Of a DNA stretch of 64,000 nucleotides, positions 40,401 to 48,453 are shown piece by piece. Position numbers and translations under genes: made by a program. Where the stretch lies: the IMG/VR virus record IMGVR_UViG_3300035232_000453. One strand, 5' to 3'. This stretch comes from a virus. The notes below the pieces were generated by a model that was given only the letters and a program-made list of their open reading frames with translations, had not been told where the DNA came from and made no database searches. Numbering within the stretch: the stretch's first letter is position 1; each line of letters opens with the position of its first letter.

Positions 40401-42159
40401 ATTTATTGTTGATAATATTAATTACTACATAGACGATATAGGAACAGTACTACAGATTAATAAGGCAGGTAACAAATATAGTTCACATAACGAATGGACA
40501 CTTATTGCTAAGGATTCAGATACAATACCTGAATACTATATTGATAGAATGAAACGTAACTTTGCAGGAAGAGACTCTAACAAAGTAAACATTCCATTCT
40601 ATACGTTACATAAATTTAATAGGTATGGAGATGAAATAGAAATTGGACAAACTTGGTTTAAAGATTTATCCGATGCAAGAAGAAATGCAATAATAACAAT
40701 TAACTCACTAATGAAAAATATTAATTTAGCAGACGAGTATAAAGATACATGGGATAGAACATTTAACAAAAATAATTTCCCTTCATTCTTGTGGATATGG
40801 TCTGATTATGTATCAAGTACATATCACGGAACTTATAACTTTACTACAAAAATTAATGAATACAAAGACCTCAATACAATTGACAAAACTCTACATTCGG
40901 TAGTTAAGTATGAAATATTTGATACAGAAGTACAGCTTGACAGAAGTGAAACATACGCATATAATAAAGAAATATTAGCATGGGAATTAGTTTACAAGTC
41001 TAATAATACTATTCAGTTTAATGAAGAATTATTAGTAGCAACAGGTGGATGGGATGTTGAGTCATGGGATGCATGGCCATATGACCAGGCAGACATTGCA
41101 GAGTATTGGGAAACACTAATCGAAGCATTGTATAAAGATATGTTTGTTTCTTACAATGTATTAAAGATGAATACCTTCTTCTTTAGTGTGATACATTATG
41201 TACTGAGTTCGTTTGAACAAACTAACTGGATTAAGAAAACTACATATATCAAACTAGACTTAGTTGACCAAATAAGAACACAAAGTAGAAAATACAGAAA
41301 AGATAAAACAAATGATATACTAGGTTATATACATGAAGTTAAACCATATCACACTAAGTTAAGTAGTATTACTGCAAAAAATACGCACTTAGAAGATGTA
41401 ATGTTAACAGTTACTGAACAAGAACATAAAACACATATTACTATGAATATCAATGATACATCAAGTGAAAATAAATTTGGTGGCGGAATAGTATACGAAG
41501 GTGAAGACTTTAATGAAGGCGACACACCAACTGATATGTTTAGTCCAACAGTACTGACAGACTTTACAACTACACCAGATAACGAGATAGTGTACGGTGT
41601 AGACTTTACAGAAGCTCAAGCATTTAATTATATAGAAGAATTAGATGGCTTGCCACGTAATGGATACGTTAAACTTAGTCCAATTGAAAGATTAAGTATT
41701 GGTGTACAAACTAATACAGCAGGTAGTACACATAACAATAACTCTAGAACATTTGCACATATGATCGGATCAGATGGATTTGTTAGATCATATGCATTAA
41801 CAGAAGCAAACGAAACAACATTGACTGCAGACTTTACGGCAAGTGCTAACATAATACAAGTAGTTAGTACAAGCTCGTTTGATCAAACAGGCACAGCATA
41901 TGTAGGCGGCGAACTAATTGATTATACAATATTAGATGCTACTACATTATCTTGTACTAAGCGAGGTGTACTAGGAACATTTAATGTTTCTGCCCTCAAC
42001 GGAACATCGGTGATACAAGTTGATAAAACTCAACTTACATTTGCAAATGATGATCCAAGTGAATTGCAATATAACACACTTGGTGATACAATTTTAAACA
42101 GCCCAGGCTCATTACAAGCACAAGAGTTGCAAACATATGGCAAGGGTGTAGGATTATAA
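31462..42159 (+). CDS. Giant 3565-aa virion protein (baseplate wedge, gp7-like position)
   Basis: Uninterrupted ORF after gp6; N-terminal FLPNVFQT, YQGMIKEKGT, C-terminal YIHEVKPYHTK; accessory modules inside. Confidence 0.75.
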   Translation: MAKKKAGKQQVNNIKTSNFLPNVFQTDLNKNWLDSTLDQMVSKGPLDDIDVFVGSRKGDVAESGDVYLEPKVYKDLQRTTQLSPGIVAYNNSGKTTNTITFDDVAHSINQNFSTYNYNSAYASHKYGFNPPIDIDKFVNYVNYRWVEELPIYESIYTGSTVNPLTEINTNNMSTITDDNNSFVLENQMLIKFTGSGWHTDVLNKTYIVTGSVSKYTLREYISNDGISRVYENNVKHSVSANGVWFNKILYNAELNSAYGASSTPEQLVDDYNNTPVNSRLPFFDGFDFPQLESNTTVLDKDILVKFTGTWTHGSGTNNNDIFSLTINATTGNVSILPATTQQITLAETTLSPDNNLMYNDGIVISPDKDYIVVNKNDSYQSAWSRNNHWVNISTINKLQELITGYDFTEIRNKQRIALRPIIEFNASIEFYTHAGYKQDQYVGAVTHGIKQNDSVPTGAGETYVYVDNHIPSGTDHKIYVVGGTDIVLEENDTFTINNAVDTTYKNADMYFTDKIKFAQQKHTVNQNPLYSFYNHYGNYLGSINGKKFDGDKIFGYKIGTGANDTELGFPLSYKDTPKGAEYEFENFIITQKYYSNYANSEYSRGTYSKDQIGFNLFKQHGVLKSIYAPSGDPAGAHEHKQYKINAADDSFVIPYGWDNWRQDDEFVVHQELETFVLTRKNISGNNNLIDQTHQVYTVGESQEIKFTNLTGDTLYIKSHGSVISDNSASWVDTYTSSGSITTLTTSASSNDTYFDIYLDNELVQCFIVSKQYDQPFYKITQNGNPISPSNITVTNSSITLDQSILVENDLIDFEWTNNDLNNSTLNVSMPDVHKHNANNDILETFTISQTLNHWKDKLNVMPGFDNNTFGENNYASVPHTPYYGGTIFLHEDLSIMHDINYADTKLSITGSLLEQGTEFVAFRQRVSDAARKIWTKTGAMTIQQLTDNAIGSVTKVKPIYTNSNMLVLQSADRQEFILRDIDTTQNKTFNTRFEFNGDVNIRDHVYVYLTQDNGNETQVRKLLIKDKDYTMIGNTIKLILSYEPLDSKLTNPMLEVYWTGMDDWCFVPASLVKLGLGFATEPQVNNNILYTHDGTEIDVTGKDLENVNAGASFDPANAVIFEMEKRIYNGLVKEDNMYKSSSVINVGLEKYHSPIKYLPAPHHNTWYELADLNNYLEKHYYQWTTNNNIKTLNSSNYYDANDSSTWNYSTLSAGGDFTDKLPGHWKGAYTHIFGTCTPHITPWHMLGYAFKPTWWDKHYSWTDPTKRDKLIVALKTGLTSEPGLPKTHVPLFARHTWNWSTQCPVTTTGTLQDPSTVLDPTSSLSNVDKEKEFVFGDWGPVEFKWRSSDIGRSLLLDGVLKLNPTKAWSDFFQPGSISKHNSLIRSITHYDRLLPSSHSFKTPNKVYGKTITSIKIKPGSSPSTFENNGFFQLLDDFDSTLGRANFEITESSGPGTITAISMIERPLDIVGQYIISYAGNDADPSGIDFDVKLNTVSFVANGIAQAQYNFLTRHGRENILEEHYGNLDTKLVFKLGGFTSKHLLHLSTETSEQGCVILGDADYNVEMYKGAVSKLITASALTITKTLTGYKVSGINHNTREFKFLEPNITNPTDYVSIEILNQTLRRYNKFVVTPSIVEYDAEFTKIQDVYNFIRGYWEWMRVNGYELQYDGNTSAYDFVTWTTTAEVGFSHILQIGRKLKYTPAHGHVSEFNTLTYNNNSILSSDSIKIENTKLGITRTDGKVSVETKSKEFIGSITSAELDFEHVVIIEDSTTLGITLFDDVKDSMQSRLCLCGQRTQNWNGEKKAPGYLVSDDHIIQNFDSAVQSIDDLYRTDVDEFNRSFGKAKDITIGKTEGLLLEGLGLNENILTNYYQGMIKEKGTRGAIEHIGKSNILNFNETTISAYEQYMFRQSVLGNDDLQDPLEIEIVSSDINSSPQTISLNTGASAPNFQSDANVIDAYIDADQDNINERIVNNKSITFDTLSYDESNSDILTGGEALETETTYRVLSTSDISSVFDSTAEYANIETWAPNKSYRLGDQVRMNGELWECNVEFTGVTQVSSSIEVTSRRATDTAIIPNGTQANIAGIPTTLIKNDESFANVVVNGNDGSHTYVPITGDASSTLVINGAPITFNKIKLVPTINGPAVIYADGTGDFSDPVTGVTNHSISITTRKTLANNTVQDTTQVVDFDTTPGNITETFTGDAIETIFTLSQPLLGARPNNYNVSSVTVDGVLLTDPADYSVDTGAGNITFTTAPSVGVDNIVVVLVHQVDTMTQSEIITHIDSYNIPNLTTSLTPINGTQRITLSFQSSDHTERLILDADLGNGTNAQLDLPPAGINVQQDVTDVEAPDVLTVEEVRDQINNTSSSLLTYISASVITGNIVITQSNRSDTSPLVMSGNVLTSLGLSASTPGTSLQVPVPVSYDEAASQIQAQLTLNSITGVTVIGLGNRIKFESTNASLDLGDTSFNTVIGLPTGTVTSSEVNVDNEWDTGSTPHQTKFTRVDQSLDPALYNILISDDSDFVNSTVGSTETKFWSWNVLQVTQRYAAPGNETLYTKPDEAINIVTDNPTTCGICAGTASIDGNDAEVTTNVDHGLKVGDYVQLLNTTTTPNIDGIHKVTKIGSNNKIFYIDEYIESCGNAVSVMPLVTTRFETTEQKNLAVSSTDWNLPTGTTVFVNNKDNVRGTYVHTVSQYNTESVANTVTGTTYRIITTGDTNFTSIGAADSEPNTVFTATGIGSGTGTVEKVTYTDVRSTTTRPTNTDIDSVLIYSHTNNQSKIQLEIWDPMRKILPGVAQQNLDYSNFTDNAVYTTSTDDNQYTDVEVAWSNDQVGTRWWDTSKVRYYDYDQGDSVYKSNYWGKLYPGSEVVVWEWSKSTVSPDEYAEQVTNQKEMFGKPATGEAYSKYDNTLKETLYYYTTEQEWNVRTNAYDTVYYFWVKNKTTIEDSRILSAYDVANIIADPTNAGVSWFAVISDKEFIVDNINYYIDDIGTVLQINKAGNKYSSHNEWTLIAKDSDTIPEYYIDRMKRNFAGRDSNKVNIPFYTLHKFNRYGDEIEIGQTWFKDLSDARRNAIITINSLMKNINLADEYKDTWDRTFNKNNFPSFLWIWSDYVSSTYHGTYNFTTKINEYKDLNTIDKTLHSVVKYEIFDTEVQLDRSETYAYNKEILAWELVYKSNNTIQFNEELLVATGGWDVESWDAWPYDQADIAEYWETLIEALYKDMFVSYNVLKMNTFFFSVIHYVLSSFEQTNWIKKTTYIKLDLVDQIRTQSRKYRKDKTNDILGYIHEVKPYHTKLSSITAKNTHLEDVMLTVTEQEHKTHITMNINDTSSENKFGGGIVYEGEDFNEGDTPTDMFSPTVLTDFTTTPDNEIVYGVDFTEAQAFNYIEELDGLPRNGYVKLSPIERLSIGVQTNTAGSTHNNNSRTFAHMIGSDGFVRSYALTEANETTLTADFTASANIIQVVSTSSFDQTGTAYVGGELIDYTILDATTLSCTKRGVLGTFNVSALNGTSVIQVDKTQLTFANDDPSELQYNTLGDTILNSPGSLQAQELQTYGKGVGL

Positions 42160-42176
42160 TGCTATTTAACGATTTG

Positions 42177-42184
42177 TATAAATA
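42177..42184 (+). promoter_or_regulatory. T4 late promoter, exact consensus TATAAATA
   Basis: Perfect match 19 nt upstream of ATG 42204. Confidence 0.7.
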
Positions 42185-42203
42185 GTGTATAAGGAATAGG
42201 ATA

Positions 42204-42806
42204 ATGAAAACATTAAATGAAAACTCAAATGTCGCAGTAGAAGGGCACGTTTTAATCAAAGACTTTGATTCAGGCGAGGTTCTACTTGACAAATATAACG
42301 CTATAAACTTTCAAAACTTTGCATTTGCAGTAGCACATGCATTAGGAGGCGACGGCACAACATACGGTATATCAAAACTAGCACTTGGAATGGGCGGATC
42401 AACAGTTGAAGCAAACGGATCAGTTACATATAAACAACCAAAGGTAAGTGGAGCCACAGGCCAATTGTATACTGCATGTAAAGATAATTCAGGAGCATCG
42501 TCGGTTGACTTAACAGTGCCGGTAACTTTTGTAGTTAACAATGCATCAAATCAACCATATTCAGATTTAGAATGTCGTGCAGTGTTGGATTACAATTTTC
42601 CAGCAGATGCACAAGCAGTTGATAATTCGCCAACAATGGATGAGATATCTGATACTAATTTTATATTTGATGAAATTGGACTAATGACAGGCTCAACAAC
42701 AGGTGAAGGTAGTTTCTTAACACACTTAATTTTCCATCCTATTCAGAAAAGCAAGAACAGAAAACTAGAAATACTTTACACATTACGAATTAGAGCAGGA
42801 GTTTAA
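42204..42806 (+). CDS. Baseplate/tail-fibre attachment structural protein
   Basis: VEGHVLIKD, FIFDEIGL, LTHLIFHPIQKS..R...LYTLRI; within the baseplate module. Confidence 0.6.
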   Translation: MKTLNENSNVAVEGHVLIKDFDSGEVLLDKYNAINFQNFAFAVAHALGGDGTTYGISKLALGMGGSTVEANGSVTYKQPKVSGATGQLYTACKDNSGASSVDLTVPVTFVVNNASNQPYSDLECRAVLDYNFPADAQAVDNSPTMDEISDTNFIFDEIGLMTGSTTGEGSFLTHLIFHPIQKSKNRKLEILYTLRIRAGV

Positions 42807-42809
42807 ATT

Positions 42810-43733
42810 ATGGCATATAATATTAAAAAATATCCAAACGGAGCTTTAGACTATTTCAGAATCGATGACAACTCACAAAATGTTGCTAACACTAGTTTAA
42901 CACTAGTAGGCAAGTACTGGGTAGGCTACGGTGAAAGTATAGCACAAAATTCAGTAAGACTATTAGAAAACTTTGCAAGTGATACCGCACCAGATAATGC
43001 AATTGAAGGTCAGCTATGGTGGAAACCAGTAGAGCAGCAGTTGTTTATAAGACACAACAATGATTGGCTTGGTATAGACTCTGATTCAAAAACAACAGAA
43101 GTAATGGATACTAATAATGTAAAACATAAAGTTGTTGTATCTAAAGTAAATGGAGTTATTATATCAATAACAAGTTCAGACACTACACCTTGGGTTATTA
43201 ACACAAGCGAAACATTAATTGAACCTTATTTTAGAAACAACGGAGAAGTAACTATATCAGATAGTGCAACTATTCTTCCTGGTATTAATTTAACTACAGA
43301 TAAAAACAAAGAGGCAGTATTCCATGGTACAGCAACACACGCCAGATACGCTGACGTGGCAGAGCTTTATGCTTCGGATAACGAATATGGACCTGGACAC
43401 GTTATGAAAATTGGTGGAACTGATGAAGTTACAGAAACATCTCAAGAGCTTGACGAAGATGCAGTGGGAGTTGTTACAACAGACCCAGCATTGTTAATGA
43501 ACAGCAGATTACCTGGCATAACAGTAGGTATAGCACTACTTGGTAGAGTACCATGTAATGTTGTTGGTAAAGTTACCAAAGGGGATAGAATCGTTACAAG
43601 TAATACACCTGGACACGGCCAATCTGCACGTAATGTTAGTACGTATGGATATCAACATGTTATCGGAAGAGCAGTTGAAGATAAGACAACTGACGACACA
43701 GGAACCGTTGAAGTAATAGTTGGAGTAAAGTAA
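42810..43733 (+). CDS. Tail appendage protein with a C-terminal intramolecular-chaperone/autocleavage-like domain
   Basis: N-terminal SLTLVGK..GYGE....N..RLLENFA...P....GQLW; C-terminal ARYADVAELY..D..Y.PG.V, IALLGRVPC.V.G...KGD. Confidence 0.65.
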   Translation: MAYNIKKYPNGALDYFRIDDNSQNVANTSLTLVGKYWVGYGESIAQNSVRLLENFASDTAPDNAIEGQLWWKPVEQQLFIRHNNDWLGIDSDSKTTEVMDTNNVKHKVVVSKVNGVIISITSSDTTPWVINTSETLIEPYFRNNGEVTISDSATILPGINLTTDKNKEAVFHGTATHARYADVAELYASDNEYGPGHVMKIGGTDEVTETSQELDEDAVGVVTTDPALLMNSRLPGITVGIALLGRVPCNVVGKVTKGDRIVTSNTPGHGQSARNVSTYGYQHVIGRAVEDKTTDDTGTVEVIVGVK

Positions 43734-45368
43734 ATGCCAGTGTCATTAACACCTGTTAATACTGGAGACAAAGTAAAGGCACAAGACCTAATAGATCTAG
43801 TTGACTATTATAATGAAATATGGGACGGTGGCGCATACTTGTATGATGCAAATCATCACACTGATGCTGAAAGAAGGTATGGCTGGGGACAAGGACAAAT
43901 AACACTTAACACTCCACCTATCAGTTTTCAAAAAAATGGATCAGCAGTAATTGATGGTACACTAATAACTGCTACAGACTTAAACGAAATAACTGCATAC
44001 ATGAATGCAGGATTATATCATGGCGAAGACGATCCAATTTCATCGGCTAATGTAGAAGGCTTACATAACTTAATAGATTTAACTACTTACCCAAAAACAG
44101 AGATACTAGCTGCATATCACAACAGCATACTAAATAAAATTCAATGGTTTAGACAAGCTCCAAAAAACAAGTACCAAATAGACTGGGCTAACTTTGACTT
44201 AGCATCATTAACAACTACAACAACTGCTAATTGGGATAATAACTTAGAGATAGTTCATAAATTTACTTTTCAAAGTTATAATAAAGCAAGACATTTCTTT
44301 AATGCAGGTGGCGAACTAACACTTGAATTAGAAATGAATCCTGGAGGATCATCGGGTAATCAAGTATGGGAAGGTATATTTGATCAGTTTGATAGTATTA
44401 GAATAGGAGCAGAAGGATGTAGAGTAGTTGCAGATAATATCTATGATGTTATTGCTACTAGTGGTGTTAACTATGGATTTTACAACGGCTTACAGTATCT
44501 ATACGGTGGCGGGTCAACTGCTAGTGAAGATGATTTTAGAACTATCCTAGACGCAGGTGTATTTGCATACACAAATAATACTGCCACAGAAGCAACTGTA
44601 TACTTATACAGTGAGTATAACAGTAGAAGAATTAGACTTCAGATGCGAGCAGAAGATATAGGTTCTGAATTTAATATTTATGTAAGACTTATATTAGTTG
44701 AAGATATTGATGATAATTTTGATATCACTCAACCAATAACATTGAGCTCTGGATATGTACAACCAGCTACAACTCCGTTAGCAACTGATCCTAACTTAGC
44801 AAAATTTACTGTTGACAGTTATCCATATTATAAATTTACAGAAATACCTGCACCAGATGTTTCATTGGATACTAATTGGCAAGAACCAGCAATTAATGAA
44901 TCGCATGCTCAACTTGATTGGAGAGGTCATGCTGTATCAAATGTGGATGCAGGACACTTTATAACTGGACAAGAATATACAATTGTCTCTGTTAATGATA
45001 ATATCCAAGTAGAAATACCATACCCAGGCACTGGTGTACTAACACAACAAGTTATAACTGGAAAACAATACAGAATTGTATCAGTAGGCACAACTGACTT
45101 TACTAAGATGGGAGCAGCTAATAATAACGTAAACACTATATTCACTGCTACACGTAGAGGAACTGGTACTGGTATAGTCGGCGGCGCAACATCTGTTGAC
45201 ACTGACTTTGTATTAATAGGTGCCGTAGACAATGTCCCTGGTACTGTATTCACAGCCACTGGACCTGGAACAGGTTCGGGTATTGCAACCGAAACACCAA
45301 CTGGTTCACCAGTTGATCCAGGTGAGATATGGCAAAGCACCGGTTTATTCAGATATAACAAAATCTAA
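43734..45368 (+). CDS. Virion structural protein with nested C-terminal repeat modules
   Basis: YGWGQ, ARHFFNAGG; two copies of the G..Y.I...G.TDF..IGA...GTVFTATG.G.G module. Confidence 0.65.
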   Translation: MPVSLTPVNTGDKVKAQDLIDLVDYYNEIWDGGAYLYDANHHTDAERRYGWGQGQITLNTPPISFQKNGSAVIDGTLITATDLNEITAYMNAGLYHGEDDPISSANVEGLHNLIDLTTYPKTEILAAYHNSILNKIQWFRQAPKNKYQIDWANFDLASLTTTTTANWDNNLEIVHKFTFQSYNKARHFFNAGGELTLELEMNPGGSSGNQVWEGIFDQFDSIRIGAEGCRVVADNIYDVIATSGVNYGFYNGLQYLYGGGSTASEDDFRTILDAGVFAYTNNTATEATVYLYSEYNSRRIRLQMRAEDIGSEFNIYVRLILVEDIDDNFDITQPITLSSGYVQPATTPLATDPNLAKFTVDSYPYYKFTEIPAPDVSLDTNWQEPAINESHAQLDWRGHAVSNVDAGHFITGQEYTIVSVNDNIQVEIPYPGTGVLTQQVITGKQYRIVSVGTTDFTKMGAANNNVNTIFTATRRGTGTGIVGGATSVDTDFVLIGAVDNVPGTVFTATGPGTGSGIATETPTGSPVDPGEIWQSTGLFRYNKI

Positions 45369-45377
45369 AAATCCCTA

Positions 45378-45406
45378 TTGACAAATTCTACTAAATAGTG
45401 TATTAT
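45378..45406 (+). promoter_or_regulatory. sigma70-type promoter TTGACA-N17-TATTAT with an embedded late-type CTAAATA
   Basis: -35 45378-83, -10 45401-06, CTAAATA 45391-97; AAGGAG RBS before ATG 45433. Confidence 0.7.
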
Positions 45407-45432
45407 ATACATATATAATAAAGGAGTATTCT

Positions 45433-45780
45433 ATGGACGAAAGACTCGAGAAAGCACTAGACTTTAGTAATTATGCATTAACTTTAAATAATCAAAAAAG
45501 AAATATTCGAAACAGAGTAGCACAGTTACAAATCGTACATCACTTGGGTGGTGTGTTTATTGCTGATCACGAAACAATTGCTTTTGTAAAAACATTAATA
45601 GATTTAAAACATAAGGAATCTATTGTTATTGATAGCAAAAACAATCCTATTACAGTAAAAAGTTTATCTGAGCTATTAGAAAAACTTATCAATGCATATA
45701 CTAGTGCTACTACTGAATTTGATATTGAAAATGAAAAATTAAAGAAATCAAGAAACATTAAGAAAATTATGGACTGGTAA
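45433..45780 (+). CDS. Hypothetical protein, first gene of the modification cluster
   Basis: 115 aa, strong RBS, coupled to the next gene. Confidence 0.75.
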   Translation: MDERLEKALDFSNYALTLNNQKRNIRNRVAQLQIVHHLGGVFIADHETIAFVKTLIDLKHKESIVIDSKNNPITVKSLSELLEKLINAYTSATTEFDIENEKLKKSRNIKKIMDW

Positions 45781-46676
45781 TGCCTACTATTCAAGCACCA
45801 GAGGGTGTATGCTTTTTTGCATATAACAACAGTCAATTAGATTATGTTAACATGGCAATTACTAGTAGTAAGTTTGTTAAGAAGAATCTACAACTACCTG
45901 TTTGTTTAATTACAGACGAGGGTTCACTGTCTTGGCTAGAAGAAAGTCATTCAACAGAAGAAATTGAAAAATGTTTTGATTATATTGTAACAACTAATGA
46001 CAATATGAAGGCTAACAGTAGACGACACTATGATAGTCCTTGGACAGAATTTACTGCACAATTTAATAACAGCAACAAACATAAAATCTATCAATACAGT
46101 CCATTTGAAAAAACACTACTATTAGATATTGATTACATTGTTAAATCGGATACACTACTAAAATATTTTGATAGTGATTATTCAGTAAGTATGTTTGATA
46201 ATGCAACTACATTAAGAAATGAACCTCCGCTCTTCTTAGAAAGATTCTTATATGATGCTGGGATTAAAATGTGGTGGAGTACAGTTGTATATTTTGATCG
46301 CAGTGACTTTAGTGAACTATTTTTTAATACATGGTCGCATGTAGCAGATAATTATGACTACTATCAGTACCTATATAATTTTCCTAGAAAGATGTTTAGA
46401 ACAGACTACTGTGTTAGTATTGCAGTACATATACTTTCGGGCATGACTGCTGAGCAAGATAACATAGGTAACTTTGATGGAACATCATTACTTAATATGA
46501 GTCAGAAAGACGACATTATTGAAGTAACATCAGATAACACATGGGTTATGTTATCTCATGATTCAAAAGAAGTTTGGAAAAATATTTTAGTAAAAACAAA
46601 CAATCAAGATATACATCTTATGAATAAAAGAGCGTTTGACAGAATTATTCCAAAACTAACGGAGTATCTTTTATGA
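45780..46676 (+). CDS. Glycosyltransferase-like protein (GT-A fold)
   Basis: FAYNN..LDYVNMA, LITD, SPFEKTLLLDIDY (DxD), WSTVVYF, FRTDY. Confidence 0.65.
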   Translation: MPTIQAPEGVCFFAYNNSQLDYVNMAITSSKFVKKNLQLPVCLITDEGSLSWLEESHSTEEIEKCFDYIVTTNDNMKANSRRHYDSPWTEFTAQFNNSNKHKIYQYSPFEKTLLLDIDYIVKSDTLLKYFDSDYSVSMFDNATTLRNEPPLFLERFLYDAGIKMWWSTVVYFDRSDFSELFFNTWSHVADNYDYYQYLYNFPRKMFRTDYCVSIAVHILSGMTAEQDNIGNFDGTSLLNMSQKDDIIEVTSDNTWVMLSHDSKEVWKNILVKTNNQDIHLMNKRAFDRIIPKLTEYLL

Positions 46677-47524
46677 TTGAAAAACAAGAGCAGGGTTATG
46701 TAATAATTGCAATGCAAGAGTTTGAATATATTCAAGCAACTGCACTTGCATATAGTATTAAAATACATAACAAAGATGCTAGTGTTACATTAGTTACTAA
46801 CTACATAGACCGTGTTCCTGCACACTACGAAGAAGCATTTGATTATTTGGTAGACATGCCATTTCCTTGTAATGAGGTTACTAGAATTAACGACTGGCAG
46901 TTGTACTGGGCAACACCATATATACATAACATTGTAATAGACTGTGCAAGCCTTGTTAAAGAAAATCACGATAGCATATGGGAATATTTAAAAGATCAGC
47001 ATGACATATACTTTTTCAATCAGTCTTATGATTTTAAAGGTGATGTATTAAAAAACAAACAAGTTAAGACTATAGAAGCAGAGTACAAACTTAATGCAGT
47101 TTATTCGCATATGTTTTACTTTAAGTTTGATACAGATTTAGCACTTGCATTTTTTAAATTAGCAGATGTGTTTATGCAAAATTGGAGACAAGTAATGCCA
47201 AAGTTTTTCAATCAATCTCATTGCCCAGAATATTATAACAGTGACATAATGTATAGTCTGCTAAACACAATAGTATTGTACGAGCATCCTCCAATACATA
47301 ATATTATTAATACAATTAATATGCCAGTAACGTTAACTGATGGAGTGATTGGTCAGTGGGATAAATGGTCAGAAAGATTAAACGTTTGGAGTAGCAAAGG
47401 AGCAAAAGTAAAAATTCAAAACTTTGCAATGGGAACTAACCTATACTATGGAGAACACGAGTTTATAACAGAAGAGATATTTAATGAACACAGAGACACT
47501 TACAGAGCCACAAGTAAACATTAA
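46673..47524 (+). CDS. Glycosyltransferase-like paralog with a degenerate DxD
   Basis: GYVIIA...Y...A.ALAYSIK, NDWQLYWATPY..NIVIDCAS; colinear with the previous gene. Confidence 0.55.
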   Translation: MIEKQEQGYVIIAMQEFEYIQATALAYSIKIHNKDASVTLVTNYIDRVPAHYEEAFDYLVDMPFPCNEVTRINDWQLYWATPYIHNIVIDCASLVKENHDSIWEYLKDQHDIYFFNQSYDFKGDVLKNKQVKTIEAEYKLNAVYSHMFYFKFDTDLALAFFKLADVFMQNWRQVMPKFFNQSHCPEYYNSDIMYSLLNTIVLYEHPPIHNIINTINMPVTLTDGVIGQWDKWSERLNVWSSKGAKVKIQNFAMGTNLYYGEHEFITEEIFNEHRDTYRATSKH

Positions 47525-48452
47525 AAGAAAGTACTTTATAGTATTTAACAATGATAATGGAAAAATACTAAGAATTAATAGTACTAAGGTTACTAACATT
47601 GCTAACAATACAACTCAGGCTGAATCAACTGACCCAATATGCAAAAAATTAATCAATGGTACTAGTAGCTTAAAAAAGTATGGCATGATATGGGATTTAA
47701 TAAATCACAAATGGGAACTTAGTCACCGTGGGAATGTATTAATAATTGAATCAGATGATAATAAATTAGTACCGTTTGCAAAAGATGTTGCTCCCTCTTC
47801 TGTTGATTTGTATGTGAATATATTTTATAATTCAAATCAAATACTTGTAACTGCAAATATGCCTTCAATTAGAAAAAATAAAAATTTAGCAACAATATCA
47901 GAAATATCATTAAACGAAACTAATGCATTAGATATACATATTACAAGAAAGAATGATCCAGACTATCTAGTACATACACTTAAACTTGATCCAAAAGAAT
48001 TGTTTACACACGGACAACAAATTATAACACTTGACAAGAATATAGATAAAGAACTAGACTGGAACAACATTAGTCTGTATTCAAAACACGTATTTAATAA
48101 TTACGGATGGTCGTTAACTGAACTCAAAATAGAAAACCAACGCAACGAACATTTGTTACAAACTTCTGCAAAAACAAACGAACCAAGTCACATAAATATT
48201 AACGTAGTGGATAATAGATTAATAGTTAGTAATAATTTATCTATAGCCGATAAACATTTACTATCTGGTATTAAATTATTTAAATTTATTGTCTGTAATG
48301 AGACTCCGGACGTATTTGTAGGTGCAATTCAAATAGAACGATCTCAATTTGAAAATAAAACGTTTGAGATAGAAATAAACTTTGATTGGCCAGATACTCC
48401 ACTGTTAGTACACAAGTACAATAACATAGAAATAAATTTAGGAGAACAATAA
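47484..48452 (+). CDS. Hypothetical protein
   Basis: 322-aa ORF in the operon; ITRKNDPDYL. Confidence 0.65.
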   Translation: MNTETLTEPQVNIKRKYFIVFNNDNGKILRINSTKVTNIANNTTQAESTDPICKKLINGTSSLKKYGMIWDLINHKWELSHRGNVLIIESDDNKLVPFAKDVAPSSVDLYVNIFYNSNQILVTANMPSIRKNKNLATISEISLNETNALDIHITRKNDPDYLVHTLKLDPKELFTHGQQIITLDKNIDKELDWNNISLYSKHVFNNYGWSLTELKIENQRNEHLLQTSAKTNEPSHININVVDNRLIVSNNLSIADKHLLSGIKLFKFIVCNETPDVFVGAIQIERSQFENKTFEIEINFDWPDTPLLVHKYNNIEINLGEQ

Positions 48453-48453
48453 G

